Assembly: GCA_963742735.1 (NCBI GenBank)
Contig: CAVUMN010000004.1
Location: 64,001 to 128,000 of the forward strand
Direction of reading: 5' to 3'
Length of the DNA stretch: 64,000 bases
Source of the DNA: an uncultured Actinomycetes bacterium
GTDB lineage: Bacteria; Actinomycetota; UBA4738; JBBDTT01
Positions within the stretch are counted from its first letter, which is position 1; every line of letters begins with the position of its first letter. The notes beneath the pieces are model-generated. The model was given only the letters and a program-made list of their open reading frames with translations, was not told the origin of the DNA and did no database searches. Shown here one piece after another: positions 55,453 to 64,000 of this stretch. A program made the position numbers and the translations under genes.

Positions 55453-56637
55453 GTGAACCGGCCCCGCATCTCCGCCAAAGCCTCCTCGTTCACCGAGTCC
55501 GTCATCCGCGAGATGACGCGGCTGGCCATCGCTCACGGCGCGATCAACCTGGCCCAGGGGTTCCCCGACTTCGCGTGCCCGCCGGAGCTGAAGGACGCCG
55601 CGAAGGCGGCGATCGACGGCGACGTCAACCAGTACGCGATCACCTGGGGAGCGCAGGGGTTCCGCGAGGCCATCGCCGAGAAGTTCGAACGCACGTATGG
55701 GATGGCCGTCGACCCCAACCGCCAGATCTGCGTCACCTGCGGCTCGACCGAGGCGATGATCGCCACGAGCCTGGCCGTGATCGACCCGGGCGACGAGGTG
55801 ATCGTGTTCGAGCCCTTCTACGAGAACTACGGGCCCGACGCGATCCTGTCCGGGGCGACGCCGCGCTACGTGACCTTGCACGAGCCGAACTGGACCTTCG
55901 ACGAGGAGGAGCTCGCGGCGGCCTTCGGCGAGAGGACCCGGGCCATCATCCTCAACTCCCCAAACAACCCGACCGGCAAGGTGTTCGCGCGGGCCGAGCT
56001 CGAGGTGATCGCCGAGCTCTGTCAGCGGTGGGACGTCATCGCGTTCACCGACGAGATCTACGAGCACATGACCTACGACGGGACCGAGCACGTGCCGCTG
56101 GCCACGATCGACGGCATGGCCGACCGCACCGTCACGATCAACGCGCTCTCAAAGACCTACTCGGTCACGGGGTGGCGGGTGGGCTGGACGATCGCGTCGC
56201 CGGAGCTCACCGACGGTATCCGCAAGGTCCACGACTTCCTCACGGTCGGCGCGGCCGCGCCCCTGCAGGAGGCGGGGACCGTGGCCATGAACCTGCCGGC
56301 CGACTACTACGAGACCCTGCGCCGGGAGTACCTGGAGCGCCGCGACCTGATCCTCGGCCTGCTCGAGGGCGCCGGGTTCAAGACGTACCGGCCCTCGGGC
56401 GCCTACTACGTCATGAGCGACATCACCGGCCTCGGCCTGGGCGACGACGACGTCGAGGCGGCGCGCTGGCTCACCGCCGAGGTCGGCGTGGCCAGCGTTC
56501 CCGGCTCGTCCTTCTACTCCCGCCCGGAGCTCGGGCACGACAAACTGCGGTTCTCGTTCTCCAAGCGGCTGGAGACCCTCCGGGAGGCCGGCGAGCGTCT
56601 GGCGAGGGTGGCCGGACGTCGCTCCGGCGCCGGATAG
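55453..56637 (+). CDS. Class I PLP aminotransferase (DapC/YbdL-like)
   Basis: INLAQGFPDF, NSPNNPTG, DEIY, SKTYSVTGWRVG. Confidence 0.93.
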   Translation: MNRPRISAKASSFTESVIREMTRLAIAHGAINLAQGFPDFACPPELKDAAKAAIDGDVNQYAITWGAQGFREAIAEKFERTYGMAVDPNRQICVTCGSTEAMIATSLAVIDPGDEVIVFEPFYENYGPDAILSGATPRYVTLHEPNWTFDEEELAAAFGERTRAIILNSPNNPTGKVFARAELEVIAELCQRWDVIAFTDEIYEHMTYDGTEHVPLATIDGMADRTVTINALSKTYSVTGWRVGWTIASPELTDGIRKVHDFLTVGAAAPLQEAGTVAMNLPADYYETLRREYLERRDLILGLLEGAGFKTYRPSGAYYVMSDITGLGLGDDDVEAARWLTAEVGVASVPGSSFYSRPELGHDKLRFSFSKRLETLREAGERLARVAGRRSGAG

Positions 56638-56652
56638 CGGAAGATCGCACCC

Positions 56653-57636
56653 ATGCAGTACGTGAACCTCGGCGCGACCGGGCTGCGGGTGTCCCGCATC
56701 TGCCTGGGGATGATGAGCTACGGCTCCAGCGAGTGGCGGTCGTGGGTCCTCGACCAGGCCGCCGGCGAACCCATCGTGCGCGCCGCCGTCGAGGGCGGGG
56801 TCACGTTCTTCGACACCGCCGACATGTACTCGCGCGGCCAGAGCGAGGTCGTAACCGGCAACCTGCTTCGCGACCTGTTCCCGACACGCGACGCCTACGT
56901 CGTCGCCACCAAGGTCTACTGGCCGATGGGGCCCGGCGAGAACGACCGCGGGCTCTCGCGCAAGCACATCCACTCCGCCATCGACGCGTCGCTCGAGCGC
57001 CTGGGCATGGACTACGTCGACCTGTACCAGATCCACCGATGGGACCACGCGACACCGATCGAGGAGACCATGGAGGCGCTGCACGACGTCGTCCGTGCCG
57101 GCAAGGCGCGCTACATCGGCGCGAGCAGCATGTTCGCGTGGCAGTTCGCGAAGGCCCAGCACGTGGCTGAGCGCCACGGCTGGACGCCGTTCGTGTCGAT
57201 GCAGAACCACTACAACCTGGTCTACCGCGAGGAGGAGCGGGAGATGATCCCGCTCTGCGTCGACCAGGGGGTCGGGATCATCCCGTGGAGCCCGCTCGCC
57301 CGCGGGCTGCTCGCCGGAACCCGGACGCGCGAGGGCGAGCGCAAGACGGCCCGCGCCGGCGACGACGCGATCGGCGACTACTTGTACGCGAACCCCGTCG
57401 ACTTCGACGTGGTGGACCGGGTGGCCGAGGTGGCCGCCGAGCGCGACGTCCCGGCCGCGCAGGTCGCGCTCGCATGGCTCCTGCACAAGCCGGGCGTGAC
57501 CTCGCCCATCATCGGCGCGACGAAGCTCTCACACCTGCAGGACGCGCTGGCCGCGGAGAAGCTCTCACTCGAGCCGAAGGAGATCGACCGCCTCGAGGAG
57601 CCCTACGTGCCCCACCCCGTCCTGGACCACGACTAG
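56653..57636 (+). CDS. Aldo/keto reductase
   Basis: FDTADMY, ATK, DLYQIHRWD, PWSPLARG. Confidence 0.95.
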   Translation: MQYVNLGATGLRVSRICLGMMSYGSSEWRSWVLDQAAGEPIVRAAVEGGVTFFDTADMYSRGQSEVVTGNLLRDLFPTRDAYVVATKVYWPMGPGENDRGLSRKHIHSAIDASLERLGMDYVDLYQIHRWDHATPIEETMEALHDVVRAGKARYIGASSMFAWQFAKAQHVAERHGWTPFVSMQNHYNLVYREEEREMIPLCVDQGVGIIPWSPLARGLLAGTRTREGERKTARAGDDAIGDYLYANPVDFDVVDRVAEVAAERDVPAAQVALAWLLHKPGVTSPIIGATKLSHLQDALAAEKLSLEPKEIDRLEEPYVPHPVLDHD

Positions 57637-57639
57637 ACG

Positions 57640-58299
57640 ATGGGCTACTTCGACAAGGGACTGTTCGACTTCCTGAACGACCTCGAGGACCACAACGACC
57701 GCGAGTGGTTCACGAAGAACAAGGAGCGGTACGAGGCCGATCTCAAGGAGCCGTTCCTGCAGTTCATCTCCGACGCGGGGCCCCGGCTGCGCTCGATCAG
57801 CCCGAACCTGGTGGCCGACGCGCGGCCGGTCGGCGGGTCGCTGTTCCGCATCTACCGCGACGTGCGCTTCTCGAAGGACAAGAGCCCGTACAAGACCCAC
57901 GCCGGCGCGCACTTCCCGCTCGGCGGCAAGGGCGTGCACGGACCCGGCTACTACCTGCACCTGGAACCGGGGCAGTGCTTCGTGGCAGGAGGGCTCTGGA
58001 TGCCCGAGCCCGACGCGCTGCGGGCGATCCGTCAGGAGATCGCGGATGACCCCGGCGCTTGGGTGAAGGCGCGCGGGACGCTGGACCATCCCGAGGACGC
58101 GCTGAAGCGCCCACCGCAAGGGTTCGATCCCGAGCACCCGATGATCGAGGACATCAAGCGCAAGAGCTTCACGGCCTCGAGAAGGCTCACCCAGAAGCAG
58201 GTGCTCGCGCCCGACCTGATGGCGACCTTCATCGACCGCTGCAAGGAGATCGCGCCGATGATGAAGTTCCTGGCCGGCGCGGTCGGCGTGCCCTGGTAG
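57640..58299 (+). CDS. DUF2461 (TIGR02453) family protein
   Basis: HNDREWF, FRIYRDVRFSKDKSPYK, YYLHL. Confidence 0.92.
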   Translation: MGYFDKGLFDFLNDLEDHNDREWFTKNKERYEADLKEPFLQFISDAGPRLRSISPNLVADARPVGGSLFRIYRDVRFSKDKSPYKTHAGAHFPLGGKGVHGPGYYLHLEPGQCFVAGGLWMPEPDALRAIRQEIADDPGAWVKARGTLDHPEDALKRPPQGFDPEHPMIEDIKRKSFTASRRLTQKQVLAPDLMATFIDRCKEIAPMMKFLAGAVGVPW

Positions 58300-58303
58300 C
58301 CCC

Positions 58304-59161
58304 TCAGTCGGCGGGCTGCAGCGCGGACTCCAGAACGACCGTCCCCGGCCCGTACCGCGCGTCCATCGCGGCCTGGTCCTCCTCGGCGGCGAGCACCACC
58401 ATCGCCTCGACTCGGTTGCGCGTGACCGCCACGCTCGAGCTCAGCAGGTGCAGTCCGGCCCCGGAGCCGTCGCCGAGCTCGGCCTGGATGCGCTGCAGGT
58501 CGGCCAGGGTGTGCTCGAACGCAACGACGCACAGCGGCCCGCCCCAGATCTCTTCCAGGTCCGCGCGGTGGCGCTCGACGTCGCCGGTGACCGCGACCGT
58601 CAGGACGAAGGCGCCGGCGTTCGAGGACTCCTCGGCCGGCGGGTCGCCCAGGTAGTCGACCCATAGACCGGCGTGCTCCGGGTCGGCCTCGATCTCGGGA
58701 GTGATCGTCGACATGTAGGTCTCGGTGGCCCGCTCAGGATCACGCGTCTGCCAGCCACCCTCGGGCTCCTCGCACGGGGTGACGATCTCGTCGTCATCGA
58801 ACGGCCCCGGGTCCTGCGGTGGCCCGGTCTTCGTCACCGTGAAGACCTCGCCGTCGTAGGTCCCGGTCAGGTGGTAGACGCCCCAGATCACGCCGCGCAT
58901 CCGCTCCTCGCCCTCGACGTCGTCCCAGGACCAGTTCGTGATGGGGACGTCCCCACACTGCGGCGGGAGCGACTCGGCGACGCTCCAGCACATGTGGGCG
59001 GCCTTTCCGCCACCCTCGAGCACGGTCACGGTCGCCTGATAGCGAGCCTCACCTGTCGGCGCTCCTGGAATCGAGGGCCCGGCGCCGGAGGGGGCGCGCT
59101 CGGCGCACGCCGACGCCAGCACCCCAAAGGCCAGGACGGCGGCGATCCGCGGCATGCGCAT
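58304..59161 (-). CDS. Hypothetical lipoprotein
   Basis: Lipobox LASAC; ESLPPQCG; YGPGTVVLESALQP. Confidence 0.7.
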   Translation of the reverse strand: MRMPRIAAVLAFGVLASACAERAPSGAGPSIPGAPTGEARYQATVTVLEGGGKAAHMCWSVAESLPPQCGDVPITNWSWDDVEGEERMRGVIWGVYHLTGTYDGEVFTVTKTGPPQDPGPFDDDEIVTPCEEPEGGWQTRDPERATETYMSTITPEIEADPEHAGLWVDYLGDPPAEESSNAGAFVLTVAVTGDVERHRADLEEIWGGPLCVVAFEHTLADLQRIQAELGDGSGAGLHLLSSSVAVTRNRVEAMVVLAAEEDQAAMDARYGPGTVVLESALQPAD

Positions 59162-59220
59162 GGCCGTTGGACGGTAGCCCGGCCGCCGGGGTTCCCGCGC
59201 GATCCCGCATACTCGAAGGC

Positions 59221-61296
59221 TTGGAGACCGCCAGCCCATCCCCGGAGGCCACGCACCTCGAGCCCGACCAGGACGTCGTTCGCGCGGAGATCGCCCGCGA
59301 GCAGGTCCGGGTCGACGCGTCGTACGAGTCGCTCGAGCGCGCCCGGATCACGGCCCAGGCCGGCGTCGAGCGGGCCATCCGCATGCCCGTGTCCACTCCC
59401 CAGTCCCAGTTCGAGCGCGAGGCCGAGCTGCACCGCTCGATGCGCCGGCTGAAGGTGATCTCCACGAGCGAGCGGCAGCTCGTGTTCGGCCGCCTGGACC
59501 TGGAGGACGAGCCCGACCCGGTCTACGTGGGCCGCGTGGGCCTCTCCGACGAACGCCGCAACCGGATCCTGGTCGACTGGCGGGCGCCGGTGGGTTCGAC
59601 GTTCTACCGGGCCACGGCCGGCGACCCACGCGGGGTCGTACGCCGCCGCACGCTGGTCACCAAGGGCCGCGAGGTCACCGAGCTCAACGACGACCTGCTG
59701 ATACCGGAGAAGGCAAAGGACTTTCGGGTCGTGATCGGCGAGGGCGCCCTGCTCCGTTCCCTCCAGCGCGTGCGCGGCGAGTACATGCAGGACATCCTGG
59801 CCACGATCCAGGGCGAGCAGGACGAGATCATCCGCGAGAACCCGAAGGCGAACGTGGTGCTCACGGGCGGGCCGGGAACCGGCAAGTCGGTGGTGGCCCT
59901 GCACCGCACCGCCTACCTCATGTTCGAGCGGGCCGAGGAGCTCGAGCGCCGCGGCGTCCTGTTCGTGGGACCCACGGCCAGGTTCAGCCGCTACATCAGC
60001 CGGGTGCTCCCCTCCCTGGGCGAGACCTCCGTGCAGATCCGCTCGGTCTTCAACCTGACCGAGCCCCGCGCGGCGACCGCGCGCGAGCCCTTCGCGATCG
60101 CCCGCCTCAAGGGCCGTCCGGAGATGGCGGCGCTGGTCCGAAAGCTGCTGATCGAGAGCTACCCGCCCGTCGGGGAACCGTTCCGCCTGCGAGGGCAGCA
60201 CGAGCTGGACCTCTCCGCAGCCGAGGTCGCCGACCTTCGCGATCGCACCCTCCGCCAGGGCGAGGGGATGAACCGGGCGCGGACCCGGTTCGTCCGCGCG
60301 CTCGCCCGCAAGCTCCCCGCCGAGGGCGGGCGGCTCTCCGGGGACCAGCTGAAGGAGCTGGCGACCGAGCTGGCCGAGGAGACCCAGGTGATCGAGCTGC
60401 TCGAGGCGGTGCTGCCGATCCGCGACGTCGACGAGGCGTGGAGCGAGATCCGCGAGGACCGCGAGGCGGTGGAGCGGGCCGCGCGCCGCGTCTTCACCGC
60501 CGCCGAGGCACGTCTGCTCGCGGACGACCTGGCGGAGCCCGAGACGCGCGTCGGCGACCTCCCCCTGATCGACGAGGTCCGGTGGCTGCTGGGCGATCCC
60601 CCCGACGCCCCCGCCGAGTCCGACGAGACGGAGGACTCGTTCGGCGGGCTCTTCTCGTTCCAGGATCAGCTCGATGGGTCGCGCCAGTCGCGGGTGGCGT
60701 CCTCGAAGCGAGCCGGCTTCGGACACGTGGTCGTCGACGAGGCGCAGGACCTGACCCCCATGCAGTGGCGGACGCTCGGCCGGCTCGGTCCCTACGCGAC
60801 GTGGAACGTCGTCGGCGATCCCAACCAGGCGACGCTGGCGACCCCCGAGGAGCTCGAGGCCTCGATCGCCGCGCTTCCCGGCTTCGGCCGGGAGCGCCGC
60901 TTCGAGCTCGCGATCAACTACCGGACGCCTTCGGAGATCATGCGCCGGGCCTCGGAGCTCTCCGGGGTGGACCTGGGCGGCCTGCGGTCGATCCGGGAGT
61001 CCGGCCGCGAGCCGGAGTCGTTCGCGTCGCTGCCCGAGGCCCTCGCCTCGCTGGCGGACGAGCCCGGGTCGACCGTGGTGATCGCGATGGACGAGCCCGA
61101 CGCGGCGGCCGCCGCGGCAGAGGCGGGCGAGACCGAGGTCCTGACCGCGCTCGACGCGAAGGGCCTGGAGTTCGACAACGTGGTGCTCTACAACCCGGGC
61201 CGCCTGCTTCCGGTCGCCTCCCGTGCCGACGCGTCGCTGTTGCTGATCGCCGCGACCCGCGCCACCCGCAATCTGGCGATCGTCGAGCCCGGCTAG
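59221..61296 (+). CDS. helD: HelD-like RNA polymerase recycling ATPase (UvrD-like)
   Basis: FGRLD, YVGR, DWRAP..FY, MQDILATIQGEQ, GGPGTGKS, VDEAQD, GDPNQ, NYRTP, KGLEFD. Confidence 0.88.
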   Translation: METASPSPEATHLEPDQDVVRAEIAREQVRVDASYESLERARITAQAGVERAIRMPVSTPQSQFEREAELHRSMRRLKVISTSERQLVFGRLDLEDEPDPVYVGRVGLSDERRNRILVDWRAPVGSTFYRATAGDPRGVVRRRTLVTKGREVTELNDDLLIPEKAKDFRVVIGEGALLRSLQRVRGEYMQDILATIQGEQDEIIRENPKANVVLTGGPGTGKSVVALHRTAYLMFERAEELERRGVLFVGPTARFSRYISRVLPSLGETSVQIRSVFNLTEPRAATAREPFAIARLKGRPEMAALVRKLLIESYPPVGEPFRLRGQHELDLSAAEVADLRDRTLRQGEGMNRARTRFVRALARKLPAEGGRLSGDQLKELATELAEETQVIELLEAVLPIRDVDEAWSEIREDREAVERAARRVFTAAEARLLADDLAEPETRVGDLPLIDEVRWLLGDPPDAPAESDETEDSFGGLFSFQDQLDGSRQSRVASSKRAGFGHVVVDEAQDLTPMQWRTLGRLGPYATWNVVGDPNQATLATPEELEASIAALPGFGRERRFELAINYRTPSEIMRRASELSGVDLGGLRSIRESGREPESFASLPEALASLADEPGSTVVIAMDEPDAAAAAAEAGETEVLTALDAKGLEFDNVVLYNPGRLLPVASRADASLLLIAATRATRNLAIVEPG

Positions 61297-61297
61297 G

Positions 61298-61777
61298 ATG
61301 AGCGCCGTGCCCGCTCCCGCCGAGACCCTTCGCGCCCTCTACGAGGCGTTCACCGCGCATGACGGCGAGGCAATGGCGGCCTGTTACGCGCCCGGCGCGT
61401 CGTTCGAGGATCCCGTGTTCACGCTTCCGAACGGTGAGGTCGGCGACATGTGGCGGATGCTCAACGAGCGCGGCACCGCGACCATCGAGTACCGGATCGC
61501 GGACGACGCCCACGTCGAGTGGACGGCCGACTACGTGTTCGAGGGGAACCCCGTCCACAACGAGGTCAGCAGCGCGTTCGAGTTCGGTCCGGACGGCGTG
61601 ATCACCAAGCAGGTGGACACGTTCGACTTCCCCACGTGGGCCGGGCAGGCGCTCGGACTCAAGGGCAAGCTCCTGGGCCGGTTCGGCTTCTTCCACAACG
61701 CCGTCCGCAAGATGACGGCAAGTCGCCTCGCGAGCTGGCAACGCCGCGCCGCCGGGGGCCAGACGCCGCCGCCGTAG
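61298..61777 (+). CDS. NTF2-like/SnoaL-like protein
   Basis: LYEAF..MAACY..FEDPVF..MWRML..DTFDF. Confidence 0.85.
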   Translation: MSAVPAPAETLRALYEAFTAHDGEAMAACYAPGASFEDPVFTLPNGEVGDMWRMLNERGTATIEYRIADDAHVEWTADYVFEGNPVHNEVSSAFEFGPDGVITKQVDTFDFPTWAGQALGLKGKLLGRFGFFHNAVRKMTASRLASWQRRAAGGQTPPP

Positions 61778-61781
61778 GGCG

Positions 61782-62183
61782 ATGAGCCGGCGTGGGCTGC
61801 AGCTGCTGCTGACGGTCCTCGGACTTGTGGCCGTCACCTTCGGTACCCTCTCCGCCCTCCTCGGAGCCGTATCGGTGGAGGGAGTCGTCGAGGCGCCGGC
61901 GAGCCTGGACAGCGAGCTCCGCTACTACGCAGTCTGGTACGTGATGGCCGGCGTGCTCGTCCTTCGGACGGTCCGACGGGTCGAGGCCGAGACCACGCTC
62001 CTGCGGATCGTGTGCGCGGCCCTGTTCGCCGGCGGCGCGGTTCGCCTGCTGTCGATCGCCTCGGTGGGAACGCCGCACGCCGCCTATCTCTGGCTGATGG
62101 GCCTCGAGCTGGGGCTCCCGGTCGTGATCGTGCCGTGGCAGGCCGCCGTGGCCCGGCGGAGGCTCACCCGAGGGCGGGCGTGA
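61782..62183 (+). CDS. DUF4345-like 4-TM protein
   Basis: LDSELRYY, GGAVRLLS, ELGLP..PWQ. Confidence 0.75.
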   Translation: MSRRGLQLLLTVLGLVAVTFGTLSALLGAVSVEGVVEAPASLDSELRYYAVWYVMAGVLVLRTVRRVEAETTLLRIVCAALFAGGAVRLLSIASVGTPHAAYLWLMGLELGLPVVIVPWQAAVARRRLTRGRA

Positions 62184-63999
62184 CGCAGATCTCGCCCACG
62201 ACCTCGCCGCACGCCGGGGCCGTCGCCCGGATCGGCGGGAGCCGCGGCATGACCGGAAGCAGGACGCTCGATCGGTGCCCGGCGTCCTGCAGGATCGTCA
62301 CCAGCCCCGCCTGGTTCGGCTCGTACGCGTAGGTCGAGATCGGGTCGTTCGGCGGCGGCGCGTGGACCTGCAGGACCAGCGCGTGGCCGGCGCGGAACAC
62401 GTGCCCGAACGGGAACAGCTCGATCTCGAACCTGGTGGCCTCGTCCGGGCTCAGGAGCTGCGCGCCGACGAAGCCGTAGTAGGGCCGGTACAGGCTGCCC
62501 TTCATCGGGCCGAGGCGGACCTTCGCGGAGCGCTTCAGGTCGAAGGTCCCGGCGAACGATCCACGCAAGAGGCCGCGCTGGACGAAGGTGGTGTCGCCGG
62601 TGGCGAGGTCGAGGTCGAGGACCTCGACGAAGAAGTCGACGTCGACCGAGGTCGTGCGGGCGTGCAGGGTCAGCACCGAGGGGCCCGCGATCGCCGTGGT
62701 GCGATCGAAGGCGAGCTCGTAGCGCGCGGTGTCGGGCAGGCCCGTGGTGTAGGTGACCGGAGCCAGGCCGCCGGGGCCGAGCGCACCGACGTCGCCGGTG
62801 AGGCCGCGGCCGGTGCCGGTGCTCAGGTACGGCGTCTCTCCATCGGGACCGGGTTCGCGCCCGAGGGTCCCGTCCGCGCGGAGGTGGTAACGCGTCCATC
62901 TCGTCTCGGGGAACGGCCAGTCAGGCGCGGTGTAGGGGGCCAGCCGGTCGGCGCCCATGGACTCGAAGTGGGCGAGCACCCGCTTGCGAGGGTCCAAGAC
63001 CTCGCGGCAGGGGGTTCCGTCCGCGGCCCGGGCCGCGCGCGAGCCGGCGTGCAACACCCAGCAGTCGAGCCAGTCCTTCTTCGTGTCGGTGGGGTCGTTC
63101 GGGTTGTGCCGCCCGGTCGAGAGCACGAGTCGCTTCGGCAAGCGCTTGGGGATGTTCTCCCACAGCACGTGGCCGCCCCGAGGCCCGGTCTGCTCGTCCT
63201 GGTATTGCTGTCCGAGCTGGATCGGCGCGTTCAGGCGGCGGATCTGCGCCATCAAGCCCTGCCGGATGGCCCACGTGTCCGGCCCGGCCTCGCGGTTCGG
63301 ATACGTATCGAGCAACCCCTGCACGTTGAAAACGCTGGAGCCCTGGTGGTCGAGGTAGTTCTCGCGACAGTGCTGGTCGGCCTGGAGCTCGTCGAGGTTC
63401 GACGCATGCTCGCCTGCCGGGCGCACGCCCGCGCCCCAGAGGACCGGGAAGCCGGGGTTGGGTACGCCGCCCGGGTACAGGATGCCGCGATAGAAGTCGT
63501 CGATGAGCCCGGAGATCGCGGTTGCCTCGAGGTGTTTCGGCGCCTGGGCGGCGACCAGGAACCCGCTCAGGCCGCCGTAGGAGTGGCCGAAGATGCCGAC
63601 ACGGCCGTTGAACCACGGCCGGGTGGGCAGCCACTCGTCGATGACCTCCTTCCCATCCAGGGCCGATCGAGTGCTGAACAGCTCGAGCTGACCGCTCGAG
63701 CAGCCGGTGCCCCGGATCGACGCGGCGACCAGCACATACCCGGCGTGGTCGTCGTCGCGCGATGAGTCGTTCTGGCCGCCCGCGCCGCCGTAGCCCTCGG
63801 TCGTGTACAGGACGGGATACCGGCGCCCCGCGACGAAGTCGGGCGGGAAGAACACGCGGACGGCGATCTCCTCGCCGTCGGAGACGGTGACGTAGTGGAA
63901 CTCGGGCGCCGGCGGGGCCGCGTGCGCCGCGACCGGCGCCAGGGCGGGTGCGGCGACGGTCAGGACGACGAGGACGGGTATCAGGGCTCGGGTTCGCAA
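62164..63999 (-). CDS. Secreted CocE/NonD family hydrolase
   Basis: Signal peptide; IRGTGCS; GHSYGG; QDEQ; C-terminal FRAGH; start at the window edge. Confidence 0.88.
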   Translation of the reverse strand: MRTRALIPVLVVLTVAAPALAPVAAHAAPPAPEFHYVTVSDGEEIAVRVFFPPDFVAGRRYPVLYTTEGYGGAGGQNDSSRDDDHAGYVLVAASIRGTGCSSGQLELFSTRSALDGKEVIDEWLPTRPWFNGRVGIFGHSYGGLSGFLVAAQAPKHLEATAISGLIDDFYRGILYPGGVPNPGFPVLWGAGVRPAGEHASNLDELQADQHCRENYLDHQGSSVFNVQGLLDTYPNREAGPDTWAIRQGLMAQIRRLNAPIQLGQQYQDEQTGPRGGHVLWENIPKRLPKRLVLSTGRHNPNDPTDTKKDWLDCWVLHAGSRAARAADGTPCREVLDPRKRVLAHFESMGADRLAPYTAPDWPFPETRWTRYHLRADGTLGREPGPDGETPYLSTGTGRGLTGDVGALGPGGLAPVTYTTGLPDTARYELAFDRTTAIAGPSVLTLHARTTSVDVDFFVEVLDLDLATGDTTFVQRGLLRGSFAGTFDLKRSAKVRLGPMKGSLYRPYYGFVGAQLLSPDEATRFEIELFPFGHVFRAGHALVLQVHAPPPNDPISTYAYEPNQAGLVTILQDAGHRSSVLLPVMPRLPPIRATAPACGEVVGEICVTPALG

Positions 64000-64000
64000 C

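Noticed and set aside
1-64000. CRISPR arrays, defence systems, prophage, IS elements, rRNA
   Set aside because: No regularly spaced repeats, transposase, integrase, phage or cas-like ORFs were recognised.

Overview
A 64 kb window of very GC-rich chromosome from an actinomycete-like bacterium (Actinomycetota, probably deep-branching; inferred from gene order and codon use). It is densely coding, with about 60 genes and one tRNA-Ala(CGC). No CRISPR array, rRNA, integrase or transposase was found. Main blocks: (1) 1-12 kb accessory hydrolase, redox and stress genes with two gene remnants; (2) a 3.6 kb islet (nhaA, metallophosphoesterase, broken lipoprotein) bounded by a 15-bp copy of the tRNA-Ala 3' end; (3) the conserved actinobacterial locus tRNA-Ala / membrane protein / moeA(glp) / galU / GGDEF / 5-FTHF cyclo-ligase / fmdB / MTAP / SAF, here with a translin gene, a degenerate MoeA and tandem NrdR-like boxes; (4) chrA, DUF2292 plus an RNA element, crp, an FMO, and a FIST-adenylate cyclase operon divergent from a flavin-dependent halogenase-antiporter operon, with two Crp-type boxes between them (best candidate for an undescribed system); (5) uppP, tldD/pmbA and a GT-C/GT2 surface-glycosylation cluster; (6) subtilase, AlkZ-like glycosylase, frameshifted molybdo-oxidoreductase, menC-like, aminotransferase, AKR, HelD and a CocE hydrolase. 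Many genes look leaderless. All calls come from reading motifs by eye; no database searches were run.
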